From a virus (Duplodnaviria; Caudoviricetes), in IMG/VR virus record IMGVR_UViG_3300037484_000333, positions 1 through 64,000 of that record: DNA of 64,000 nucleotides. The stretch is one strand, 5' to 3'. This document shows positions 54,332 through 62,162 of the stretch, one piece after another. A program made the position numbers and the translations under genes. The number at the start of each line of letters is the position of its first letter. The stretch's first letter is position 1. A model generated the notes under the pieces. That model was given only the letters and a program-made list of their open reading frames with translations, was not told the DNA's origin and searched no databases.

Positions 54332-54655
54332 ATGGATACAAACCCAGAGAAGAACAGGCAATACCAACGTGACTGGTACTACCGTAACCAAGGTAAGAAG
54401 AAGGCGGCGGTTAAGGCACGTCGAGAGCAGATAAGGGTAGACCTCCTTGGACTGCGAGGCAATAGGTGTGTAGTATGTGGTGAGACTGCCATAATGTGTC
54501 TCCAGTTCCATCACCGTGACCCCTCAACAAAGCTATTCGACATCAGTGCTGGCATCAGACGTGGGCTAGGGTGGAACCTAATCCTGGCAGAGGCTGAAAA
54601 GTGCGACATCTACTGTAGCAACTGCCATTTGAAGGAAACGTCTGAAAGTTACTAA
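54332..54655 (+). CDS. HNH endonuclease (opposite strand)
   Basis: CVVCG...QFHHRDP...KC..YCSNCH. Confidence 0.85.
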   Translation: MDTNPEKNRQYQRDWYYRNQGKKKAAVKARREQIRVDLLGLRGNRCVVCGETAIMCLQFHHRDPSTKLFDISAGIRRGLGWNLILAEAEKCDIYCSNCHLKETSESY

Positions 54656-54781
54656 TTTCTGGAACTCCTTGTGACTCCGGTAGGCAATAACTGAACTCAA
54701 GGCAATCTTAGAACGCGGTTTCGGTTGCAAGATGGGGGCACCGTTCTAGGAAAGGGGGTCGATCAGTGGGTAGCTCCACAC

Positions 54782-55159
54782 CTATTTATCATACCCTAAC
54801 CTCCTCAACTCTTCGTCAAGGAGAGACCGCCGTCTGAGTAGCTCGTCTCTTCTATACTCTCTCCACGCATCGTGAAGGGTGTCAAGGTTGGTATCATCTT
54901 CCAACCACTTCTTCAGTCGCTTGACCTCTGACATATCAGTGGAAAACCAGATACGCTTAAGGTACGCATCTACTGCGTCTACGACTATAGTATCCCAAGG
55001 CCGTTGTTCGTAGGCGAGGTACTCGTAATCTACTGGAACACTAAGGTTGAGTATCTCCCAACCTGGTATCTCTATATGAACGCTGATACTTTCCTCACTG
55101 GAGTTGGCCCAATTGAAGTGGCCCTTGCGTACCGAGACACGATACTGTTCAGCCTTCAT
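54782..55159 (-). CDS. Hypothetical protein
   Basis: ORF with C-terminal coiled coil. Confidence 0.5.
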   Translation of the reverse strand: MKAEQYRVSVRKGHFNWANSSEESISVHIEIPGWEILNLSVPVDYEYLAYEQRPWDTIVVDAVDAYLKRIWFSTDMSEVKRLKKWLEDDTNLDTLHDAWREYRRDELLRRRSLLDEELRRLGYDK

Positions 55160-55315
55160 GTTCTTCCCCCAACTGTGGACGTACCCATCCCCTCTTGAAC
55201 GTTCTCACTTCCCACTTTCCCCACAACCACGAGATATATATATCATGCTTGTACGGCTGGAATGGGTCGTCAAACCTCCATACCCGCCAACGTGGGAGAC
55301 AAGTAGGCACGATTG

Positions 55316-56977
55316 CTACTCCTTACTGAAGTCTGAGATCAACTGTGGTGTGGCTGTATCAAACCCTACCACATCCAACATACCAGCGTCATTGGGGTCT
55401 GCCAGTGTGAAGCCGTTGGATGTCATAGCCACAACCACCAGCTTAGCCGGTATCCCAGTCTTCTTGCGGTACAGTTGGAGTGCCTGGAATGGGTGGAGGT
55501 CGCCAGCCCAGGTCTCGTCATCAGTGTAGATCACGAAGGTGTCAACCTCAATACCTTCCTTAGCTGCCCACACCATGGGCAACGCACAGTCAGTTCCACC
55601 AAAGTTCTGGTCACTGGTCTTCTTCATGGCTGATACCAAGGTATCTTTGGCTGTGATGCCGAGGTTCTTGAAGGTTGTAGAGAACCCCATAGTGTAGTAG
55701 TTGGGTTCCGTCCTAGCGGTTACTAATGCCATAGCGGTCGCACCACGTGCTGGTGTCAGACTTGGTATGCCTGCTATTTCACCCCAAGCCATAGAGCCTG
55801 ACACGTCCAGGGCCAGCAATGTACGCTTACCCGTAGGCTCCACATTCCCAAAGGCTAGGTAGAACGCATGGTCTAGGGCGTCTACTATCTGAGGTATAGG
55901 CTTCCACTCCAGCTTCCCGCGCTCACCATGACCTTGGCTGTAAGTACCTAGCGCGGCTAACACAGCTACCGGGTGGATGCGTGCGGCCTTAATAGCCTCT
56001 TGGTTGGTGAGTCGGTCAACCACTATCTTCGCGTCTTCAGACATTGGCTTGAGACAACCATTGGCTGTCATGCGGCCAAGGTTACGAAGAGTGGCCGTCA
56101 TTGGCAGGTTGGGTAGAAGGGCTGACCATACTGCTGGGTGCTTGAGTTCCTCAGTTGGGATCATCTCCCAGGTTACTACCTTGGAGTGGGCGTTGATGAG
56201 CATCTTGGTCGCCGCTTCACCCTTGACCTGTTGCAAGGCCTCAAAGGCTATGATAACCTCAGGCCACTCACTGCCCCACACTTCCTTGTATGTGCTGACC
56301 ACCCCCTTACGGTCAACCGTCCGCAGGCCATACGCTATGCTATCATCCAGGTGTCTGCACGTGACCCAACGATACAATGCGTTGTAGTTGGCCATAGGGG
56401 TAGAAGGGTGAGCAAGACGCAGCAAGTCTCTGTGAGACCACCCACCACGCTGCTGATACTTGCATAGCTGGTAGGCTAGGTCATTGGGGTTATGCATACC
56501 ATACCAGTGTTGGATAGCCTTACGCAGTACGCTACCCCAACCCCTGAGGTTCTTGCAACACTCAGCGAACTGGAAGAGGTGAGTACCTATACGGCAAACG
56601 TGAGGGAGAGCTTCAGAGGCGGCACGCTTGGTTGGAAGGTCACCGAAGCTGATGCACATGGCGAGTGCGAAGATAGCCGGGTCGTTCTTAGGTGCTCGAC
56701 CTGACTGGCTGATCTCAACTATACGGTTGACAGTACGGGGTCCATCAGCCTTGATACAACGCAGTACGGCCTCGGCATTCTCAATTGTGAGCTTTTGGGC
56801 TGATGCGTAGTAGGTTCCACCTTCGGAACCCAGAATGAGGAAGCGGTCTAGCCTGATCCAGTCATCAACGGGGAAGACGTAGCCTCCAGCATCGTTGACG
56901 ACCTGGTCAGTGCGACCTGGTACGGGGGTTGATTGAGGGGTTTGCTTGATGGAGTAGTGCTCGGAGTATAGAGACAA
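55316..56977 (-). CDS. rsr: Ro60/TROVE RNA-binding protein (Rsr-like) with C-terminal vWA
   Basis: N.AGGYVF..DDW.RL.RFLILGSEGGTYY; KYQQRGGWSHRDLLRLAHP; DVSGSM MIDAS; GGTDC; DDETW; VVGFD. Confidence 0.95.
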   Translation of the reverse strand: MSLYSEHYSIKQTPQSTPVPGRTDQVVNDAGGYVFPVDDWIRLDRFLILGSEGGTYYASAQKLTIENAEAVLRCIKADGPRTVNRIVEISQSGRAPKNDPAIFALAMCISFGDLPTKRAASEALPHVCRIGTHLFQFAECCKNLRGWGSVLRKAIQHWYGMHNPNDLAYQLCKYQQRGGWSHRDLLRLAHPSTPMANYNALYRWVTCRHLDDSIAYGLRTVDRKGVVSTYKEVWGSEWPEVIIAFEALQQVKGEAATKMLINAHSKVVTWEMIPTEELKHPAVWSALLPNLPMTATLRNLGRMTANGCLKPMSEDAKIVVDRLTNQEAIKAARIHPVAVLAALGTYSQGHGERGKLEWKPIPQIVDALDHAFYLAFGNVEPTGKRTLLALDVSGSMAWGEIAGIPSLTPARGATAMALVTARTEPNYYTMGFSTTFKNLGITAKDTLVSAMKKTSDQNFGGTDCALPMVWAAKEGIEVDTFVIYTDDETWAGDLHPFQALQLYRKKTGIPAKLVVVAMTSNGFTLADPNDAGMLDVVGFDTATPQLISDFSKE

Positions 56978-57020
56978 AGGCCGTACCTCCCTTAAGACGC
57001 TATGGTAGTACGGTCCTTTG
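56975..57020 (-). promoter_or_regulatory. Leader hairpin pairing the Ro60 TTG start codon
   Basis: CAAAGG-A-CCGTAC / GTACGG-CCTTTG, 12 bp with one bulge. Confidence 0.5.
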
Positions 57021-57106
57021 CTTAGACGCTATGATACTAAGTCATCGGCCGCACCACCCATCCATCATTTCGTCCTGTCAGTAGTCCGCCGACCACTAAT
57101 AGGAAA

Positions 57107-57180
57107 AGGCGCGAGGGGTAAGTAGTTGCTATACGGAATATACACCAGATAACCGTGTAGCTTCGACCCCTCGCGCGCCT
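57107..57180 (-). ncRNA. Y RNA-like 1
   Basis: GCGCGAGGGGT-CG-AAG...CTT-ACCCCTCGCGC bulged stem; internal GTTATCT; 3' U-run. Confidence 0.7.
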
Positions 57181-57182
57181 TA

Positions 57183-57253
57183 ATACGGGCAAGTAATGTT
57201 AGAGGGCGTTTATCCTAAAGAAGTATAGATAACCCTCTAACTTCGGCCCGTAT
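57183..57253 (-). ncRNA. Y RNA-like 2
   Basis: ATACGGGC-CG-AAG-TTAGAGGG-TTATCT...CCCTCTAA-CATTA-CTT-GCCCGTAT. Confidence 0.75.
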
Positions 57254-57265
57254 GTTGTTTGCTAA

Positions 57266-57392
57266 GGGTGAGCAAGTAATTGAAGCAGGGTTGCACCTGT
57301 TTGATGGCAGGTGTTGTGGGTTTCGACCCCACTGCTAACGCGCTTGCACACGTAAGCTTTTTGCCAAATAACCCTACGACTTCGGCCCACCC
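57266..57392 (-). ncRNA. Y RNA-like 3 (long, with T-arm-like hairpin)
   Basis: GGGTGGGC-CG-AAG...CAATTA-CTT-GCTCACCC; internal GTGGG-GTCGAAA-CCCAC. Confidence 0.7.
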
Positions 57393-57406
57393 CATTATTT
57401 ACTGGA

Positions 57407-57547
57407 GGCTGCACAAGCGGCAGAGACCCAATTCTGCCAAGGCTGTGGCTCATGGTACGGCGCGCGCATTACGGAAGTTACTGTAGCCATGTTTGTTAGG
57501 GAGGGGGCAACCTCTCTCAAACTCTACCGTCCACCACCTGTGCAGCC
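57407..57547 (-). ncRNA. Unclassified structured RNA
   Basis: 11-bp closing stem GGCTGCACAGG/CTTGTGCAGCC with nested helices. Confidence 0.5.
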
Positions 57548-57556
57548 ACAATATGG

Positions 57557-57617
57557 GGCGTAGGCAAGTAGTGACGGACGGGTTAATGCAGTTAACCATC
57601 CGTCTTCGGCCTACGCC
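57557..57617 (-). ncRNA. Y RNA-like 4
   Basis: GGCGTAGGC-CG-AAG-ACGGA...TCCGT-CACTA-CTT-GCCTACGCC. Confidence 0.75.
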
Positions 57618-57657
57618 ATGTAAAGTTAGGTATTGACTAGTATTAACTACCCATATC

Positions 57658-57780
57658 TTGGTAGAAGGTAAGCCCATATACACCAGGGCAGGAGTTGCAC
57701 CTGCCAAGCACAGCGAAACACTGCGGGTATACTTTTCCCCCACTGGTCTTTTGGGCGTGCACCCCTTTCCCTTCTACCAA
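57658..57780 (-). ncRNA. Y-like RNA variant carrying a tRNA-like cloverleaf
   Basis: 11-bp terminal stem TTGGTAGAAGG/CCTTCTACCAA, AAG/CTT, inner ACCAG/CTGGT closing a D-like arm and a GCAGG-TGCAACT-CCTGC T-arm. Confidence 0.55.
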
Positions 57781-57791
57781 AGTATGGAGAG

Positions 57792-57977
57792 TTAATCCCT
57801 GTTAAGACTTGGCCACTCGGCGAAGGCGAACCACAAGAAGGCTAGGATATTGACTAGTGGAATGGGGAATAGTACCCCTAACCATGGATTGTATCCAGCC
57901 TTCTGAAGTATCATGCCCCATATTGCGGCCATACCAACTGCTATTAGGATGAACAGTACTACCATCAGAACGACCAA
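57792..57977 (-). CDS. Small two-TM membrane protein
   Basis: KAGYNPWLG..FPIPLVNI...FAFAEWP. Confidence 0.65.
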   Translation of the reverse strand: MVVLMVVLFILIAVGMAAIWGMILQKAGYNPWLGVLFPIPLVNILAFLWFAFAEWPSLNRD

Positions 57978-58258
57978 CCTTCCAGACAGTGTAGCCCTAC
58001 CACATGCTTACACGCACCCTGCACAGTACAACCACCATTCCTGAACCCAGAGTCTTGACAGTTACACCTCAAGCCATAATCAGTCTCCTGGATAGTGTAT
58101 GGCTTGTTGTCAGGACTGGTGCAGACCCAGGTATTGTCAGACACTTTGGAGTAGTCGTAGTGTTGGACTACCTTGAGGACGCGCGCCTTAGCCCTATCAT
58201 CTAGGGCAGAGGACTCAACTCTCCTAAGTGCTGCATTGCGCTGTTTTACACTGTACAT
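57965..58258 (-). CDS. SWIM Zn-finger protein
   Basis: CNC...CKH motif. Confidence 0.75.
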   Translation of the reverse strand: MYSVKQRNAALRRVESSALDDRAKARVLKVVQHYDYSKVSDNTWVCTSPDNKPYTIQETDYGLRCNCQDSGFRNGGCTVQGACKHVVGLHCLEGWSF

Positions 58259-58263
58259 TTTAC

Positions 58264-58485
58264 CTATCCAGAGATGTACTTAGAACGCGGGGGTGTTTCC
58301 TTCCTCCACCCGTGGTTCAAGATAGCATGAGCCAGGTCGATACCCCACTGACCCTTAAGGTCGGCAATGAGAGCGTCTTGTAGGAGTCGGGCTCCTTTGA
58401 CATCACCATTATAGGAGCGTGCGCTAATGACCTCACAGGCGTTACGGATAGCGCCCAACATTGACTCCAGTGTACGTTCCGTCAT
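58264..58485 (-). CDS. Hypothetical protein
   Basis: Coupled ORF. Confidence 0.45.
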   Translation of the reverse strand: MTERTLESMLGAIRNACEVISARSYNGDVKGARLLQDALIADLKGQWGIDLAHAILNHGWRKETPPRSKYISG

Positions 58486-58751
58486 TGTGGACTATCCCCC
58501 TCGTACAACTTCTCACGCGCCTCGTCGTACTTGCGATCAGGGTCAGGCTCGATGGGGTCTAGCCCAAACTCATGCCCTTCAGGACAATACTTCCACCTCT
58601 CACCCCTGTAACCCTGTACCATCATGGGGCCACGGTGACACGTAGGACAGACCTCGTCGTCCAGCTCTTCCTCGTAGTCTGGGCCAGAGATTTCATATTC
58701 CATGCCCGTCACCCCTGGCGGGTAGTCCCATCCAAAGTCAGGCGTCCTCAT
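58482..58751 (-). CDS. Hypothetical Zn-ribbon protein
   Basis: DYPPGVTG N-terminus; CPTC...CPEGH. Confidence 0.55.
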   Translation of the reverse strand: MRTPDFGWDYPPGVTGMEYEISGPDYEEELDDEVCPTCHRGPMMVQGYRGERWKYCPEGHEFGLDPIEPDPDRKYDEAREKLYEGDSPQ

Positions 58752-58919
58752 CTCAGTGACTTCCCAAACTCACAAGCTGGTGTGATATGAGAGCCAGCAT
58801 TGCCGACCATCCGCCGATTGCGAAACCGAGCGCTATAGTCAGGTTGCCAGGCAAGTCAGCTATCAACAACGCAGATGTGGATGGTATCGCCATTACCAGG
58901 ACACAAAACCAGTACCAGA

Positions 58920-59213
58920 TCATTTGTACGCCTCCACTATATCAATGCAGTAATCATCAGCGTTGACGCACACTCTGTTAGGGTGGCTGCCTGGAACGTA
59001 GGCTATGACTTCATCTTCCATACATGGATCGTTCATGTGGTTGATGGTCATACCCTCAGCCCACACATCAGTGACAACGTAGTTGGGTACGCATGATATG
59101 TCAGTCGGTGGTGGGACTGGGATAACGTACTCGTCCTTGCCTACTACTGTTCCCAGCCACAGTCCCAAGCACAGCAGCAGTGACCCAGCGGCTAACAGCC
59201 ATAGACTCTTCAT
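58920..59213 (-). CDS. Secreted/membrane-anchored small protein
   Basis: N-terminal TM segment, Cys-containing ectodomain. Confidence 0.55.
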   Translation of the reverse strand: MKSLWLLAAGSLLLCLGLWLGTVVGKDEYVIPVPPPTDISCVPNYVVTDVWAEGMTINHMNDPCMEDEVIAYVPGSHPNRVCVNADDYCIDIVEAYK

Positions 59214-59381
59214 CCGTTATCTCCTCACTCCGCAATAGGTGGGGCAGCTCAAGGAATGTACGGTATAGCTGGTGATCGGGTCTCTCTATTAGGTAGACTA
59301 CATCAGCCAGTGGGCTGTCATGTGGCGCGAGTTCCCATATGACTGGTTGGGGGTTGATTGAGTTGTAGATGTACCACATAG

Positions 59382-59606
59382 CTACCTACCTAATAGGCTA
59401 CGCTCGTGCTCGAAGACGGCTATGAGTCGTAGGATGAACTCTCTTGACCTACCACCCAGCCCACGTTGAGCAGCCAACCACACCTCACTCGTCTGCTCCG
59501 AGTTCTTTGGGTAGTTGTCCATGACGTAGGATGCACAACCCAGTGCTGCTATGATAGTACGTAACTCAGGTGCCCCCAGTTCCACGCGCCTTGTCTTAGT
59601 CTTCAC
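59382..59606 (-). CDS. Hypothetical protein
   Basis: Contiguous ORF. Confidence 0.45.
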   Translation of the reverse strand: MKTKTRRVELGAPELRTIIAALGCASYVMDNYPKNSEQTSEVWLAAQRGLGGRSREFILRLIAVFEHERSLLGR

Positions 59607-59934
59607 AGGCTACCTTGGTGCCAAGGTTGAACAACTCCCTGGCCAGTGCACCACCCTTGAGGTTGCCGTCGTTGACCTGGATTGTCAGGTTGAGCAGCTC
59701 CTTAGCGAACTTGGGCTGCCCTATGGGAATGGAGTCGGTCAACCAGAGTGCTTGCCACAAGTGTTCGGCGTATATTTCCTGCCGTTCACGCAACCTGCAC
59801 ATAGGGCAGGTGGGTGTTGGATTGTAATACCAGTCGTACCTGCCATACCAGTCGTCGTATGAGTCCTTACTCATTGTTCTCACCTCCAGGCATAGCCTCA
59901 CAACCCAGAGGATTAGCTCCTTACTCAGAAACAT
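59596..59934 (-). CDS. Hypothetical protein (true start probably MSKDSY)
   Basis: SD GGAGGT before the internal ATG; CPMC. Confidence 0.45.
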   Translation of the reverse strand: MFLSKELILWVVRLCLEVRTMSKDSYDDWYGRYDWYYNPTPTCPMCRLRERQEIYAEHLWQALWLTDSIPIGQPKFAKELLNLTIQVNDGNLKGGALARELFNLGTKVACED

Positions 59935-60178
59935 CCCTCTAGTTGTGAGGCTGTGCCCGATGGCGAGTCGGGCTATTACCTCAAGCCAGCCGGTACGTCG
60001 ATCCTGATCCGGATGTTCGAGTCCCAGACCTGGAGTATGACAGCCCGGTCATTGAGCATGGTCGCTGAATGGACGACGGCATGGTCTATGTGTGCGTCAT
60101 CCAGCTTCTTGTCGATGTACTTTAGGAGCGGTGGTTTGACCTGCATTTGTTACCCCCTCTACTACTAAAGGCAGGCTG

Positions 60179-60219
60179 GGTAGCAGGAGCCAGATGTATC
60201 GTATAGTACTCCTGCTACC
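60179..60219 (-). promoter_or_regulatory. 11-bp inverted repeat downstream of the 60241..60810 gene
   Basis: GGTAGCAGGAG / CTCCTGCTACC. Confidence 0.5.
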
Positions 60220-60240
60220 TCTGTCCGCCGACCAGCGTCT

Positions 60241-60810
60241 CTACTTGGAGACGTTGATCTTCAGGTGCTTGGTCTTAGCGAACTTGTAGTGGGAGACAGA
60301 GCCGACGGTGTGGCCCGTCTTGCCCACGCTGCCCAGCTTCGACATCACTGTGCCCAAGCGTTGTGGGGTCTCAGGCTTGGCATCGGGGTGCTCAGCCAGG
60401 AAGGCCGCACCCTCTGCGTCTATCGGCTCCACTGTGACGAGAGCCCCCGTCACGTAATCACCGATGGTCACAGGGTTGCGCTCTCCCGTGCCATTGCCAC
60501 CTCTGCTTGGCCCAGCCTTGAGCACTCGGTCGTAGGCGTCCTGCCCCACGACGATGCGTCCCAACGTCCCGTCGCCATTGACGGCGAGGGTGTAGGGCAC
60601 ATCAGCCTTGGGCAGTGTCATCTTTTGTGCCAATATGGGCTCGCACAACTTCACCTGTTCCGCAGCCCATGCCTCAGCCTTAGCAGTCCTGGTAGGAATT
60701 GCTTCCTTCACCTGGGCTACAAGGCTGGTAGCACGTTCGATGTCGCCCGCGCTGAGAGCCTTTTCCAGCTCGGCCAAGCGAGCCAGCTGTTCGTTTGTTA
60801 CCTTGCTCAT
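60241..60810 (-). CDS. Early hypothetical protein (probably highly expressed)
   Basis: SD AGGAGGT, ATG 60810, strongly C-biased third positions. Confidence 0.65.
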   Translation of the reverse strand: MSKVTNEQLARLAELEKALSAGDIERATSLVAQVKEAIPTRTAKAEAWAAEQVKLCEPILAQKMTLPKADVPYTLAVNGDGTLGRIVVGQDAYDRVLKAGPSRGGNGTGERNPVTIGDYVTGALVTVEPIDAEGAAFLAEHPDAKPETPQRLGTVMSKLGSVGKTGHTVGSVSHYKFAKTKHLKINVSK

Positions 60811-60999
60811 TACATACCTCCTTGAACTAAGAGCGAGGCAAATCAAGCGGCTTCGCTTGCCTTATTCTATTGTCCTTCACATACCCTTGATCCCCAGGAA
60901 TGGGGCGATCAAGAGGATGGAAGCTTTACAAGGCATCATGCTTGTTATCTCTTATGCGATGTGTTTACTCCTTATCAATTGATAGTCCTTGCGATCCTA

Positions 61000-61028
61000 T
61001 TGACAATCGCGATCTGATCTGTTATGCT
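61000..61028 (+). promoter_or_regulatory. Sigma70-type promoter
   Basis: TTGACA-17 nt-TATGCT. Confidence 0.65.
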
Positions 61029-61139
61029 TGACGCATGCACAGCAAGCAGCAAGCAGGGATCGCCGGGGGGATCGCTGTCCTTACACATACCCCAGCTCCC
61101 CAGGAATGGGGCGATCACGATACATTCGGGAAGGAGAGA

Positions 61140-62162
61140 ATGACATATGATCTAAATGTATATGCGCCCGCGCACAAGGCAGCGAGATGTTCATATGCGA
61201 AGAAGGAGCATAAGACAATGGCGCGCAAGACACTTCGGGGCACGAGAAATCCTAGCAGGGAGCTTCAGCACGCGGATGATCCGCAGCTGGACATAGCATC
61301 CGTGCTCAACACGGGAACGAATCCTGCGATCAAGATTACTTCCTGTGGGAATCCAAAGCAGGATGTGAAAATCTTGCGTACGCTCCTTCCCTGGAAGAGC
61401 TTTCCCCGTGTGAGACAGATGCTAAGGGAAGAGGCGGCAAGGGACATAGCGGATGCGAAAGAGCGATATGCGCGATGGACGCATCCTGACAAATCGGCTG
61501 AACAAATAGCGGACATGATTAAGGCGGATGAGGAAAGAATAGAAGCGGGAGATCAGATTTCGGGATGCTGGTTTCCGTACAATCCGCCAGCGGAAATCAC
61601 GTGGACGCTTGAAGCGGTGGCGCGCATAGCACGAGCGAGAGATGTCAAGAGAACGCACACGAATCATCCGCTGCCATACAATCCGCCAAAGGAAATATCT
61701 TGGGGAGATGTATTCGGCAAGGATAATCCATTCCCGATACTCCCCAAGATAGAATTCCCCAAGGCAGAATACAAGATGAAGAGCTTCTCGGAAGCGATGG
61801 GCTTCGTGTGTACGCTCTTGATGGGATCGAGATTCATGGCCCCGCGATCAGCGCCCATGTTTGAAGCGCACAGGAAGCAAGCGAGCGACAGCGCATTCTG
61901 GAATCGGGAGATTCACATAAGCGAGAAGCCAAAGGGCGCATGCGAGAATCACGAATGGACGTGGAGCGGACACGGGAGCTACGGCACAGAACAATACGAT
62001 CAGGAATGGGACACAGACAATCCATTCTGGTGGGAGAAGCTCGATCACGACACATCGCCCAGCTTGATCGGACAAGGGGAACACGGACACGCCATTGTCT
62101 CTTGGGATAGAATCGTAGAGGCAGTGGTCGCAAGCGCACGAATCGAGGACGAATGGGACTAA
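61140..62162 (+). CDS. Hypothetical protein in a compositionally distinct island
   Basis: SD AAGGAG, ATG 61140; internal repeat PYNPPAEITW/PYNPPKEISW. Confidence 0.6.
   Translation: MTYDLNVYAPAHKAARCSYAKKEHKTMARKTLRGTRNPSRELQHADDPQLDIASVLNTGTNPAIKITSCGNPKQDVKILRTLLPWKSFPRVRQMLREEAARDIADAKERYARWTHPDKSAEQIADMIKADEERIEAGDQISGCWFPYNPPAEITWTLEAVARIARARDVKRTHTNHPLPYNPPKEISWGDVFGKDNPFPILPKIEFPKAEYKMKSFSEAMGFVCTLLMGSRFMAPRSAPMFEAHRKQASDSAFWNREIHISEKPKGACENHEWTWSGHGSYGTEQYDQEWDTDNPFWWEKLDHDTSPSLIGQGEHGHAIVSWDRIVEAVVASARIEDEWD

Noticed and set aside
57060-57085. Hammerhead ribozyme (CTGACAG...CGAAA)
   Set aside because: The core lacks CUGANGA and stem II, and no stem I/III with an NUH site was found.
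57262-57743. Track ORFs 57262..57453, 57280..57486 and 57450..57743
   Set aside because: No SD or protein motifs; the region is fully explained by stacked RNA stems with compensatory changes.
57681-57747. Canonical tRNA gene
   Set aside because: Only 5 of 7 acceptor pairs, a 5-nt anticodon-position loop, no CCA and a TGCAACT T-loop; kept only as a tRNA-like module.
60265-60982. Plus-strand ORFs 60265..60825 and 60608..60982, and the many short antisense ORFs across the window
   Set aside because: Antisense shadows of well-supported genes, with no SD or motifs.
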